Shown here piece by piece: positions 33,895 to 47,330 of a stretch of 64,000 bases of DNA. The notes below the pieces were generated by a model that had not been told where the DNA came from, did not search any database, and saw nothing but the letters and a program-made list of their open reading frames with translations. The translations under genes were made by a program, and so were the position numbers. Source of the stretch: Octopus vulgaris (taxonomy: Eukaryota); assembly GCA_951406725.2 (NCBI GenBank), contig OX597819.1, positions 19,158,001 through 19,222,000 on the forward strand. Reading direction: 5' to 3'. Numbering within the stretch: position 1 is the first letter of the stretch; every line of letters starts with the position of its first letter.

Positions 33895-34068
33895 AATATT
33901 CCCACAAGGGCAACAATTTTCGGGGAGGAGCTAAGACGATTACATCGACCCCAGTGTTCAACTGGTACTTATTTCATCGACCCCCGAAAGGATAAAAGGC
34001 GAAGTCGACTTCGGTTGAATTCGAAGTTTGGACGAAGCTACTTACCACACAGCCACTCCTGCGCCTAT
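33895..34068 (-). mobile_element. SINE A fragment joined to a SINE B head fragment
   Basis: actggtacttatttcatcgacccccgaaaggataaaaggc is followed by aagctacttaccacacagccactcctgcgccta. Confidence 0.7.
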
Positions 34069-35119
34069 ATGTATACATGTATATATATGTGTCCATATGA
34101 GTTTAAACTGCATCCGCTACTGGACTTGTGGTATAGGTGCTCAAGAGTGTGAAACCAGTTCATAGCTAAAACTACTGTGACCGAGAGAAATAGCACTCGT
34201 TAGAATCCCAAATATTTGGCATGTAGCACGGTAGCCAATGGAAGTGAAGGACCCCATAGTTCTTCTTTGAACTTGCTTCTAGAAGGTAAACTTGTATGAG
34301 AAACACTTAAACCACAGTTGGTTTGCGGTCGCCTCAATCTTCGTTCTGCCATTTGTTTTAACGCTGATTGCACTAAAAATAGTTTTCACTTGTGGGCAAT
34401 ATTTTACTACCTCAAAAGAAATTCGAATTTAGGAAATTCTTGGAGTGTCAGAACATGTGCATGAATTTACTAAATTTAGGAAGTGGCCTTACATGGTTAC
34501 GTTTTCAATTGCACCATATATATGCGCATGTATATACGTCGGGTTTCTTTCAGCTTCCGTTTAAACAAAGTTCCAGTGACAAGGCTTTGGCACTCGCTCA
34601 ATGTTCTGTACCGTAGGACAGAACACAAGACCACATAATTTTCAGGCAATATTCTTAACCACAGAGCCACACTTGCGTTCACTTAGAAAACATTTATAGC
34701 TATTTTATAATTATCAATAATTTGAATGATATAATGCCACCAGCGGTAGTGTTCGGAAGAATAGCAGCAACAACAACTGCTACGGCAAATCCGTTGATAA
34801 CAGTGAGGAGCGCATAGTATGTGACGAGAAACACAATGCACCGACAATCAGGGAATTGAAACCTTTGTAACGAAGATAGAATATTGATTGTTTCAGGTGA
34901 TGTGATACAAGAAAAGTATGTGACTAATTAATAATGATATTATTAATACAAAACTAATTATGTACGTCATGCAGAATAAATACGAGGAGAAATTACAAAA
35001 TGAAGATTTACAACAAAAAAGTGAAAAAAATTGCCGAGGAAGCAGTTTTGAATAGTTCTCTAATGTTCCATTATGTCTGGCAATCACTATCACCACTTCA
35101 GAATAGAATAACATTGTAC

Positions 35120-35269
<150 letters not shown>

Positions 35270-35319
35270 TATATATATATGCACCCACATAAACGTTCAC
35301 TCGCACACGTAAAACACAT

Positions 35320-35464
35320 AGAGCAAATTTACAGAAAAGCGAAAGAAGACAGGTGTATGAACAACAAGCAGGTGTATTAGTTTAACGCTCGGGAAAGTGA
35401 AAATGTCTTTTACATTTCGAGCCTACGCTCTTCAACAGAAAAAAAACCCAGATAAATAAACAGC

Positions 35465-35468
<4 letters not shown>
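35320..35468 (-). mobile_element. Solo Penelope-type pLTR fragment with hammerhead-like motif (35406-35443)
   Basis: Homologous to 52281-52430. Minus strand UUUUU-CUGUUGA-A-GAGC-GUAG-GCUC-GAAA-UG-UA-AAAGA. Lies between (TA)n tracts. Confidence 0.75.
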
Positions 35469-35545
<77 letters not shown>

Positions 35546-35618
35546 ATATGCACCTTAGCAAGAACGTATATTTCGTTTTATTTTCTTGCTTGATACCGAT
35601 AACTTTAGAATTAGAATT

Positions 35619-35905
35619 AAGTACCAGTTACGCACTGGGGTTGATATAATCGACTTAATCCGTTTGTTTGTCCTTGTTTGTCCCCTCTGTGTTTAGCACC
35701 TTGTGGGTAGTAAAGAGATAGGTATTTCGTCTGTCTTTACGTTCTGAGCTCAAATTCCGCCGAGGTCAACTTTGCCTTTCATCCTTTTGGGGTCGATAAA
35801 TTAACTGCGAGTTACGCACTGGGGTCGATATAATCGACTTAATCCGTGTGTCTGTCCTTGTTTGACTCCTCTGTGTTTAGCCCATTGTGGGTAGTAAAGA
35901 AATAA
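35619..35905 (+). mobile_element. SINE family A, partial tandem (3' half followed by a headless unit)
   Basis: Two copies of agttacgcactgggg..taatcgacttaatccgt..gggtagtaaaga. Confidence 0.85.
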
Positions 35906-36425
35906 GAAGGACAGTCTATTATGCTCTTCCAGTTAACATACGTCGTCTGGTAACGTAAATGGACGACTTATCGTAATATTCTAACAGGCAATAGTATCGC
36001 ATTTATAAACATCACTGCTTAGAGCTCCCACACCTAATGTAATTACTTCGAGTTTTTATTGTTCCAGTCAACCAGCAGACGTAGGTTGTCTGGAATAACA
36101 TACGAGAGATTGTCTCTCTATCCGACTCGCAGCGCCACCACTCAGTTTGTGCGACCAAAGAGGAGATAACCAGTTCAAAATGCTTGCATATTACAGTGTT
36201 ATTAGGTGGCGCTGCAAGCTGATTTAAGTGTATTTACACCATTTATGTACAGCTAGAAAATTTTTCCATGACAAAAAAACTGAATGTTTTTTTTTTACAA
36301 GTCCGAACAAGCTTTTACCATATTCGAACTGGGAATAACATTGATTGCATTTATACACATCTCTGCTTAGCGCTTCAACGCCGTAATTTTATTACAATGG
36401 GTCAGTAAAATGAAGTATTAATTAA

Positions 36426-36722
36426 CCCCTTACCCGGCAGAAACGAATATATTCGTTTTGACCGAAATCGTTTTTTTCTATCTCTCGCGAGTTAACTCGT
36501 CAAAAGATAGACTCGCCAAAATCGACAGCAAACGAGTTCCTTCGTCTAAAAACGGGTTAACTCGTTTCTGCCCAAAGCGGTAATGTAAAATCAATATTAT
36601 TGAATTAAAATTCATAATAAATATGTTTCGAAATCACCATTCAAAACATAGTAAAATAAAACAATCAAAAAATATGTCTGAAAAAATACATTTATTTTTC
36701 AAAATAATTGTTGGGTAAGGGG
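36426..36722. mobile_element. piggyBac-type MITE (297 bp)
   Basis: TTAA|CCCCTTACCC...GGGTAAGGGG|TTAA: perfect 10-bp TIRs with TTAA at 36422-36425 and 36723-36726. No ORF. Confidence 0.8.
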
Positions 36723-37403
36723 TTAAGTACTGTTGTCGTTGTAATTGACTTTCTCAAATTCCTCTATGATGTGATTTGATAAGAGTAACGGACCCCCGTT
36801 CATAAGGATTTTTGCCGCCATGGAAGCAAACTAACTGGTCTTATGAGTTAACTTCAAGGAAAAATAGTCTAGAAGACTTACTTCCAGATGGCATTAGGTT
36901 AATTTTCTTAGGGTGGCATTTGACAGGATAAAGACCCGATCATGTAAAACGACTGCATTGGATTACATTTTATCAGCTACCTCATATGATAAGTTTATTG
37001 ATGGCGGTGGTGATAGATGCCAGCGGCTGTGAAAGTAGCAAATGACGACGAAATAGTATAATACAACGCGTCTAAATGGTGTCTTACGCAAGTATGTGTA
37101 TATATATTGAGAGAGAAAGAGGGAAGTGAATAAATAGATCGATAGACACATAGGCATGGAGGGAGAGGAGAGAGAGGGAGGGAGAGGAGAAACAGAGGTG
37201 CAGATACATGGCAATATATATATACTTATATAATGGGAACAAAAGTTCCAAGTTAATATTAGAAATATGAACTCTATGCTTTCCCATCAGAGGTATCTGC
37301 ATCACTTGACCAATTCCAGAAAAAAATGAGAAATCAATTTACTTACATGCGCAAACAAACCTTGAAACTTCAACGTACTAGAGACACTAATTTGCATATT
37401 TAC

Positions 37404-37479
<76 letters not shown>

Positions 37480-37571
37480 ATCCATACATCAATATATATA
37501 TATACATAAATATGTATACGTATATATTTATGCATGTATATATATAAATATATATGCATATGTATATACCA

Positions 37572-37612
<41 letters not shown>

Positions 37613-37656
37613 TTACACACACAAACACACAAACACACAAACACACACACACACAC

Positions 37657-37691
<35 letters not shown>

Positions 37692-38284
37692 ACATATACA
37701 TATATATAAAACATATACATATATATATATATAAAACATATGCAGATATATATATCAGGAAGTGTATTACTTCGCACGTAATATTGGGCGTGAAATTCAA
37801 ATATCTTCTTCCATAAAGCGAAAGTATCCACGCAATTATGAGGCCAAAAACAAAAAAATGTCCCTCGGGCATTACTTGCAATCGTAATACGATAAACAAG
37901 GGAGATCAATGTAATAACCTAAGTGCAGGAAGTGTAAAACTGTTAGTAGAGGGCATGAGGTGAAAAGGTACACTTTGTTATAAAATGATAATTAAGCTGG
38001 TACTTTGTAATTCGCCACACTACGAACGTCTTCTCGAGGGAAGACATAACAGGAAAGTTGCTTGGTTCTTCTTGACTATTAAGGTTTTAAAGCGTACGTT
38101 GGTGGATAATACATGCATAAACGACTATATATGTGTCTGTGTGTGTATATGTATGCGTGTATCAATGTACATGAACGCTTATATATACACACATATATAT
38201 ATGTATAAGGTAAAACTTACTTGGGATAGGAGAGAGGAATATATAATTTATATACATATATATACATATATATATACAAATATA

Positions 38285-38327
<43 letters not shown>

Positions 38328-38360
38328 GTATATATATATTCATATTATATATATGTATAT

Positions 38361-38401
<41 letters not shown>

Positions 38402-38876
38402 AATACATTTATATATGTATATTTATTTATATTTATTTATATTGTAAATTATATTTAGTTTTTTACATTTATACGTATATATATATATATAGATATATAT
38501 ATAGATATAAATATATATATATATATATATAAATATTTACGGGGACATGCATTCATGCATGTGTTTGTTTGTGTGTGTGTATGTGTTTTTGCTTGCGTGT
38601 ATGTTTTCTGTTAATCTTTAAGTGTTATAATGCCGCCGTTTGAATACTTAGAAAGGTGTATTGTATAAACGAAATGTAGGTGGAGAGAATTGTATTCGCG
38701 TCATTAATCTGTCTCATACGGTATATTACTTTGTACATCCTGGTATTTCTCGCCGCCACCGCACCAGTTCTTTATTCTCCTGTAGGCATTCATCCCTATC
38801 TAAGAGCGCAGACACACGCGCTAACGGAGAAATTACCGAACATACATGTATACACACACACAAACACATACATATA

Positions 38877-38953
<77 letters not shown>

Positions 38954-39000
38954 ATATATATGTATATATGTATATATGCATATTTATATGTGTGTGTATA

Positions 39001-39039
<39 letters not shown>

Positions 39040-39136
39040 ATTTATATGTGTATGTATATATATATGTTAATATTTATAAATATATGTATATATTTATATA
39101 TATACTTAAGCACAGAAAAGACAGCGAGGATATATA

Positions 39137-39278
<142 letters not shown>

Positions 39279-39279
39279 T

Positions 39280-39415
39280 AACTTAGCGGTTCCGCCAAAG
39301 AGACCGACAAGATAAGTACTACGCCTACGAAAATATGTCCTGGGGGCGAATTACTCGACTAAAGACGGTGCTCCAGTGTGGCCACCGTCAAATGACTGAA
39401 ACAGGCAAAGGAGTA
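39280..39415 (+). mobile_element. SINE family B, 3' part
   Basis: aacttagcggttccgccaaagagaccga..gacggtgctccagtgtggccaccgtcaaatgactgaaac. Confidence 0.75.
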
Positions 39416-39502
39416 AAACGTATATATATATATATATATACGTGTGTGTGCGTACGTACATATATACATACATACATACATACATACATACATACATACA
39501 TC

Positions 39503-40690
39503 GGGCTACATATGTCTTATAACGAGTGGAACCTCAGAAGTGGTAAATTCCAGGCCAAGGATATCAGGATTAGATTAAAGATTACATTGTCGGAAGGAGT
39601 TACATGTCGACGCAAAGCTTCATTCATAATGTGTGGAGGGCAAAGTATGTGAGATGTATGGAAATGATGGGAGAAATAAGTAATACATGTAGAGAAGAAA
39701 GAAAACAGAATAAAATAAAATAAATTATAGGTAGTGATGAAAAAAATATAGGTATCTATCTATCCGCTCAGTCGAAGTCGACTCTCGGTTACTCGTTGGA
39801 TCAGTGTCCTCCAGTCAGTTTTATCCTGCGCCGATTCTTTGAGATTGACTATGTCCATTCCGGTATCACTCTTGATGGTGTCAAGCCAGCGGGTTCTTGG
39901 TCGGCCTCTTCCTCTCTTGCCACTGACCATTCCAAGCATGATGTCCTTCTCCAGGGATTTTCTTCGCATAATATGACCGAAATATTCCAATCTATGCTTG
40001 GTGATCCTAGCTTCTAGCGACATTTTAGGCCCGATCTGCTTAAGAACTTCTCCATTGGTCAGCCTCGCTGTCCATGGAATCCGTAAAAGTCTTCTCCAAC
40101 ACCAAAGCTCGAATGCATTAATTCTCTTCTGGTCAGCTTTCTTAAGTGTCCAGGTCTCGCATCCATATGTTGCTATAGGTATCGTGGTCAAAAAATTAAT
40201 TTGACCATAAAACCACTAGCCTTGCTAAGCACGGTTAGTGAAACCCTACCTTGCTTCATTCATGCATACTTTCTTTTGTCCCAACGACTAAAAAATAATT
40301 CCCCGGTCCTCCCCTCCCATTTTTGAACTTTTCAAATGCCAATTCCACTATAGAATTCCGTGATTAAGCTAATACTACTACATAATCCACCACCGACCCT
40401 TCCAATTGCACCTTTCTCTCACTCCTCTGTATTATATTTTATTTTATTTTCATTTTCTTTCTTCCCTATTTCTATTTCTTACCTACCTCTCCCCTCATTC
40501 CTATACCTCTCACATTCTCTGTCCTCCACACATTATGATTGAATCTTTGCGTCAACATGTGCCTCCTTGAAAAAGTGTAACCTTTAATCTGTTCAAGATA
40601 TTTTTGGCCTAAAGAGTAGCCGGTAGTAGACACCCAACTTGAATTTTACCACTTCTGAGTTCCCACTCGCTGTGAAAATTAAGTAGTCCA
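39503..40690. repeat. Diverged long inverted repeat (arms about 39503-39740 and 40415-40690)
   Basis: cgagtggaacctcagaagtggtaaa..catgtcgacgcaaagcttcattcataatgtgtggagggca..aataaaataaaat matches the reverse complement of 40415-40690 with indels. Confidence 0.8.
39757..40173 (-). mobile_element. RTE-BovB-like LINE, 5'-truncated, with 10-bp TSD
   Basis: Uninterrupted ORF ATYGCETWTLKKADQKRINAFELWCWRRLLRIPW..YFGHIMRR..RGRGRPRTRWLD..RVTESRLRL with a (GATA)n tail. TATAGGTATC is repeated at 39747-39756 and 40174-40183. Confidence 0.93.
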
Positions 40691-41046
40691 GATTTCCCAT
40701 GCTCCATTCCATAACTCTTACATTCTTTGTCACCCACTCATCAAATTGCTTGCCTGCCGAGAAATATAAAAAGAAGATATATTCAGCTCATCGTTCTTCG
40801 ATAAAAAAAAGCAACCTTCTGTCTCAATAAACGGTTTCTGAAAGTTGTTTTATTTTATACGGATTGCTAAAAGCTAACGTTCTTCCAAAACCTCGATCCC
40901 AGCTTCCTATACACACACACACACACATACACACGCACACACGCACGCACTCGCGCACACACACACACACACGCACACACGCACAAACGCACACACATAC
41001 ATACACAGACACACATATGTATATATATACACATATGTGTATATAA

Positions 41047-41277
41047 GGCGGCGAGCTGGCAGAAACGTTAGCATGCCGGGCCACCTGCGTAGCCGTATTT
41101 CGTATGTCGTTACGTTCCGAGTTCAAATTCCGCCGAGGTCGACTTTGCATTTCATCCTTTCGGGGTCGATAAATTAAGTACCAGTTACGTACTGGGGTCG
41201 ATGTAATCGACTTAATCCCTTTGTCTGTCCTTGTTTGTCCCCTCTGTGTTTAGCCCCTTGTGGGTAGTAAAGAAATA
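41047..41277 (+). mobile_element. SINE family A, full length
   Basis: Same head, central box and tail as 17936-18168. Confidence 0.9.
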
Positions 41278-41496
41278 CATATGTGTCTATTAAACGTTTC
41301 ATCTGTTAGTGTTTGTCATTTGATTTCGGCAATGTTGGGTTCCCGCCACAAAGTGTTTAGACAAAGGAATCGATCGACGAAGTTTATCTATTACCACTCC
41401 GATATTAGTCTGCCCAACATTTACAGTGACATAAATAAACGGACATCGGTTGCAAAGCGGATAGAGAATCCCTAGTATGTATGTATATATATATAT

Positions 41497-41645
41497 AAAG
41501 GGAAAGTTTACGAAAATAAACAAAGACGAAGGCAGGTGGATTACAAACAAATGTATTAGTATAGCGCTCAGGAATAGAAAAAAGTCTTTCACGTTTCGAG
41601 CCTACGCTCTTCGACAGAAAGATACACAGAAAAAAAACAAGGAGA
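41497..41645 (-). mobile_element. Solo Penelope-type pLTR fragment with hammerhead-like motif (41585-41622)
   Basis: Homologous to 52281-52430. Minus strand UCUUU-CUGUCGA-A-GAGC-GUAG-GCUC-GAAA-CG-UG-AAAGA. Abuts (TA)n. Confidence 0.8.
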
Positions 41646-42003
41646 ATTTATATCTGTGTGTGTGCGTGTGTATAAGAGTGTGTATGTATATCATCAGTAA
41701 TATATAAATACGTATACACACAAATATATACATACATGCGTATACACATACAGACATTTACAACTTTTTTTTTGTATTTTACGAAAATGAATGAAGCAAA
41801 TACAAAATAAAAGTGTGGGTAACGCTCATTGCACTGCGTATAACCCACTTTAGCTTCACTTTTGTTGCAGTCAATCAGGTACAGAGCTGTACCATCTTAC
41901 TCAGAGTTGCGGGCGCATATTCGCTTAAGACACACGCGTAGAGTCACTCGTTCATGCACATACATATTGACAAATTTCAAAAGACACTTGCGTTTATCTA
42001 TCT

Positions 42004-42037
<34 letters not shown>

Positions 42038-42110
42038 GTTTACATTTGTGTACGTGCTATACACACAAATGCGCTTATACATATAAACATAGATAATATA
42101 TATGTATACG

Positions 42111-42190
<80 letters not shown>

Positions 42191-42195
42191 CTTAT

Positions 42196-42228
<33 letters not shown>

Positions 42229-42447
42229 CATATACACATATATATATACATATACATATATATATATACATATACGTATATATATATAAATATGCATATA
42301 TATACACATATATATATAAATATATATATATATATTTATATATATAAATATACATATATATACACATATATATAATATATATATATATATTTATATATAT
42401 ATATATATATATATAAATATATATAAATATATATGTATATATATACG

Positions 42448-42486
<39 letters not shown>

Positions 42487-42516
42487 ATGTATATATATAT
42501 ATGTGTATATGTATTC

Positions 42517-42554
<38 letters not shown>

Positions 42555-42665
42555 ATAAATATATATCGAAATACTTCACGATATAACTAACAATATAGAC
42601 ATTTCTCATTTTTTTTTTTTTTTTGATGTTCAATCTCATTCTCCTTTGATACGAAACTATTACAG

Positions 42666-42793
42666 ATGACAATAATAAACAAAATAACGGAAATAAAGAC
42701 GTCATAACACGCCTCACTTGCAAAAGAATAGGAATACTGCTGCAAGATATATTCCATACTGACGCCATCTTAGCATGTCTCCAAAGCAACTGG
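42666..42793 (+). CDS. Candidate internal coding exon (128 nt, phase 1 to 0), product unknown
   Basis: Pyrimidine-rich tract and ..ttacag acceptor; TGG|GTAAGT donor. Only one frame is open: [42 protein letters not shown]. Protein family not recognised. Confidence 0.35.
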
Positions 42794-42944
42794 GTAAGTG
42801 AAGACATTCTGTGCGTTCCACTTTAGTTTCTTGACTACAATAGTTATGGAATAAATGGGTAAAAAAAAAGGAAGACAGTAATTGTGTGTTTATGCACATG
42901 TGCAATTATATATCCTTGTATATGTATATACATACATACTTATG

Positions 42945-42977
<33 letters not shown>

Positions 42978-43315
42978 GTATGTATATATGTATGTACATA
43001 TATACGAATGCATATGCATGAAATGATGTCGGGGAATGTGAGCATATATCTGTGGCATTCTGCACTGAAAGACGTTTTGTGTTAGCTGTTACGCTTTTTC
43101 AATATATTTAGAAATACGCGAACGCACAGAAATGGAAGGCGTCATTTTAGATTATAAATATGAAGGGAAATTATTAGAATATATTTGTATGTCTTGTGTG
43201 TGATTGAGTGAGAGTGGCTCTATGTGCGTGTGTGTGTATTTGTGCGCGTATACATATATCTACAAGTATGTAAATGGATATATATGTATATATACATACA
43301 TACATACATATATAC

Positions 43316-43374
<59 letters not shown>

Positions 43375-43412
43375 TATGTATACAAATATGTATATGTATA
43401 TTTACATATATG

Positions 43413-43635
43413 TTTCTTTATTACCGACAAGGGGCTAAACATAGAGCTGACAAGCAAGGACAGACAAACAAATTAAGTCGATTACGTCGACCCCAGTGCG
43501 TAACTGGTACTTAATTTATCGACCCCGAAAGGCTGAAAGGCAAAGTCGACCTCGGTGGAATTTGAACTCAGAACATAACGGCAAACGAAATATGGCTACG
43601 CATTTCGCCCGCCGTGCTCACGGTTCTGCCAGCTC
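43413..43635 (-). mobile_element. SINE family A, near full length
   Basis: Reverse complement of the family A consensus (ctggtacttaatttatcgaccccgaaagg..ttctgccagctc). Confidence 0.9.
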
Positions 43636-44074
43636 ATATATATATATATATATAAAATATTATATAATTATATGCATAATGGGTCAGCATAATGGCTCAG
43701 CTAAGTGCCACGCCACGTAGGGAATTAGAAATAGGCACTAAGGAGGATAATAATAATAGGTAAATATAATTTACTCTAAATTCGAAACGCGTCTCTGGTT
43801 AACGTAAGTCGTTGCGGATTCACCATTTTTCTTTTATACCTACACATCAAAGTGTGTTATCACCTCGGACATTCTTATGGTAGTTGAAATGATATTAGCA
43901 TTTATTTCTAATTCTCTACGTGGCGATGCACTTAGCTGACTACTGATTATAATTATGCATATAATTGTAGAATATTTTGTATAATTCACATTAAAAAAAG
44001 GCTTTTAACGTACTGATTACTTAGTAAAATTATTAATTATTAATTAATTAATTGATTAATTTTAACGCATATTA

Positions 44075-44083
44075 TCATCATCA

Positions 44084-44156
<73 letters not shown>

Positions 44157-44200
44157 CATTATTATTATTATTATCATTATTATTATTATTATTGTTGTTG

Positions 44201-44252
<52 letters not shown>

Positions 44253-44280
44253 CATTATTATTATTATCACTATTACTATT
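44075..44280. repeat. (TTA)n microsatellite
   Basis: Directly visible. Confidence 0.95.
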
Positions 44281-44299
44281 TTCGGTCTAACGTCACTAC

Positions 44300-44822
44300 A
44301 CTAAAATATTGACACAGTGGTGTAGAGGGGCTACAGGCAGAAGCTGAGAAAAATACTTTGTTCCTTGGAGCGAAGACTCGACAGGTATTTACAGGACTAC
44401 ATGTGGAAAATTTTGGCAAGAATAGTACCTTATACAAATGCTTGAACTTGATGCCATCGTATTGTACCACACACTTCGTCCGCTCCCTCTAATCTCAAGA
44501 TCATGCGCTGCAATAGCTGATAGTACAAAGGCCCACAGTAGTTCAATGTCCTGCCCCCAATATTAAGAAACCCACGCATTGTAAACGTGAGTTTCTTTAA
44601 AAAGGAACGGGACATTCTCCTCTGCACAATATCGGATGAATCAACGGCCTGCCTTAACGTGAAGATGTGGACAGCAGTGTCCGACAGCGATGGTGGTAGG
44701 AAATAACACCACCCTGGAGAAATCAGCCGAAGATGAAATCATACGTAAACGTGCAAAATCATGGCAGTGCTTCAGCATGACCGCAGTCACATGGCTGAAA
44801 CGAATAAAAGAATAAAAGAATA
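44300..44822 (+). mobile_element. CR1-group LINE 3' end, older copy of the 24795 family
   Basis: YRQKLRKILCSLERRLDRYLQDYMWKILARIVP..CNS**YKGPQ*FNVLPPILRN..FFKKERD. Ends ggcagtgcttcagcatgaccgcagtcacatggctgaaac(gaataaaa)n. Confidence 0.78.
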
Positions 44823-46213
44823 TATATTATGCATTTATGTATAATGGCTATGCATTCCTTCTTAAGTGCGTATTTATTACACTTTGTTTACAATGGAAAA
44901 CGTGGAACTGTAACTTCCTTCATTTCGTTCTGTTTTATATTTTGTGAATTTCTTTTCATATTCCTCATTGATATTTCAATTTCCATTTAAACTAAATACA
45001 ATTTTACAACCTTGCATTGAATCATGCGTACAGACACATAGAACCCTCATCGCTCACAAGAACAGACACACGTAGGCAGACGCACACAGGGAATTAGAGT
45101 CGCACACACAAACACAACTACAACAAAAACAACAGTGAAAAACCCTCTGTTGACTCTTTATTGTTGAAACGTTAATCAGTCGTTGTAAGCTGGATTAAAG
45201 TTCTCACGCTGAAGAAAAATAGAAGTGCGTTCGAACGGATTGCCTTACTTCTTTGCCATCTAATCGGAACATCCGTTCAATAATCACTTTCTATTTTCAG
45301 ATCGGAAATTCATTCGTTTTGTTACCAATTTCATTGAACCAATGAAAGATCTCTGTGGCAAGGAAAACATCCGCCATATTCGAAAATTCATAGTTCACTG
45401 GACAATAAATGTATAAAGATTCCATTATCTTCTTAAACAAAGGAATTTACGGTATTGCTCTAACTGCTAAAATTAGCAGCCAAATCTCCAGAAAAGAACA
45501 TCCTGCTATCTTTAAAAAAGAAAAAAAAAACACCGGAAATTTTAATCCACTTCCTGAGAAAAAAACACACAAAAATTATAGAAGATTAAGGTCATTTTTT
45601 TATGGCTGGAATGTCTAATTATATTTCAGCTCAATAAAAATTTACCTGGAATCTAATCACAAATGACATGCCTGAAGCAGTAAACGAATGGTGTGTGTTT
45701 ATTGATGCTATTCATCAACTCCAAGACAAATCTCCTGGAGCAGGCCTATGATCAAGTGGTTTCCACTTGCAAAAATTCCATCTTTGGTACGTACTTCTAT
45801 ATGGTGCCAGGAGATTTTGATTATCATAGATGTGGCTGCTATTTCTAGCAACGAGGAAAATAATAAATCTATAAACTAAGGAAAGACGCAGCAAAACATT
45901 TACTCAACAATGTAACTTCGAACATATTTTCAATTATTTTGTATGTTGCTAAATGCATGATAAGATATGAGAAGGCTTAGCCAGACGTATATCATGCTTT
46001 AGATAGATCGATCGATAGATAAATAGATAGATGGATAGACAGACATACAGACAAATAGATAGATAGATACATACATGCATACATATATAAGAGGCAATGT
46101 GTGTGTGTGTGCGCTGTGCAACTGTGTGCATGTGAATGTACTACTGCATGTAGTTGTTGTTGCTTTTGTTAAGCAACAAGACGAGTAAGGGCGATTAAGT
46201 GATGGTCTAGGGC

Positions 46214-46630
46214 TTAGGGGAGGGAGACCCCAGATCTTGGAAAACAAAAGAACTTTGGTCGTCTTGTTGTAGTCGGGGGCTCTTCGTTGACGCCCGAATC
46301 TACTGGGAGGTGACTCTCGAAGTACCTGGAAATGGAGATCTCCAGGTCCAAATTCTTTGACGGCTGCTGCATGTATGCGTTTGCCCTTGTGTTTACCACA
46401 TTTATAAACCTACATTTCGACCTCGCCTGAACTGCTTTGAAGAAATCTGTCTTCTGAAATGCTATAATCCCCTTATCTATAACAAATGATATAGTGACTG
46501 CATCAATGGCTTCATACATAAAAAACAGTTCACCTACACTTATCAGACATGTAATATTCTTAGGCTGACTTGCTAAAAACAACAGCTTCAGGTCCCTCAA
46601 TTTACATGCTGCAAATACATGAATATACAT
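46214..46630 (-). mobile_element. Possible decayed APE-endonuclease N-terminus of an L1/Tx1-type LINE
   Basis: Non-repetitive 138-aa ORF with GIIAFQKT, resembling DIIALQET. Weak resemblance only. Confidence 0.3.
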
Positions 46631-46759
46631 TCATACGTATGCATATATACATGCTTATGTATTAGACATGTATCAGGGTACCATTGACAATATCTTCCCT
46701 GCTCAAAGCACACAAAACTGTTTGTCGCTGGAAATTTTGTTTGCATGATACTAAGCATA

Positions 46760-47330
46760 TCTTCGTGTGAGACAGCGAGCCACCTGTTGGTCTGGGAGTT
46801 GATATTCTGGGACTTGGTGGAAATTATTTTCGTCGGAGAAGAACCACGACATCTCTGGTTCCAGCGGATATTCCAGCTTCTTGATCAATTTCATAGTGTG
46901 CTTGAGTAGCTTTACCGGCATCGTCTTGGAGAGAAACTTTCCCTTACTTACCTCGTAAGAAAAGTAGTGAATGTCCTCATGCAAGGCCAGCCCGAAGAGC
47001 TCTTCATCCACAACTATCTCTGTTGCAATGGAATTCATCGACTTGCAGAGATCATTGTTGATGATGTTCTGGATTTCAGTGATGAATTTCAGCATGCTAA
47101 TGACGTCAGATCATCAATCGTGGATTTTCCTCTCTGCTGTTACCCCGTAGTTGAATCCTGAATCTTTCAACTCCTTTCTGACCTATTCCACCATCCTTCT
47201 GCCGACGTTCAGGAAGTCTAAAATCGTGTTCGTCATTTTGGCGCGTGTTTCAAAGAGGACTCTATGCCTCTTCCAGACATTAGGAGCTTCATATTTTCCA
47301 ATGTAAATGCTGTTCTACTCTATCGTAGCG
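46760..47330 (-). mobile_element. Tc1/mariner-superfamily transposase fragment (maT/DD37D-like)
   Basis: KSMNSIATE..LHEDIHYFSY..KLIKKLEYPLEPEMSWFFSDENNFHQ (WFFSDEKNF first-D motif). Confidence 0.8.
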
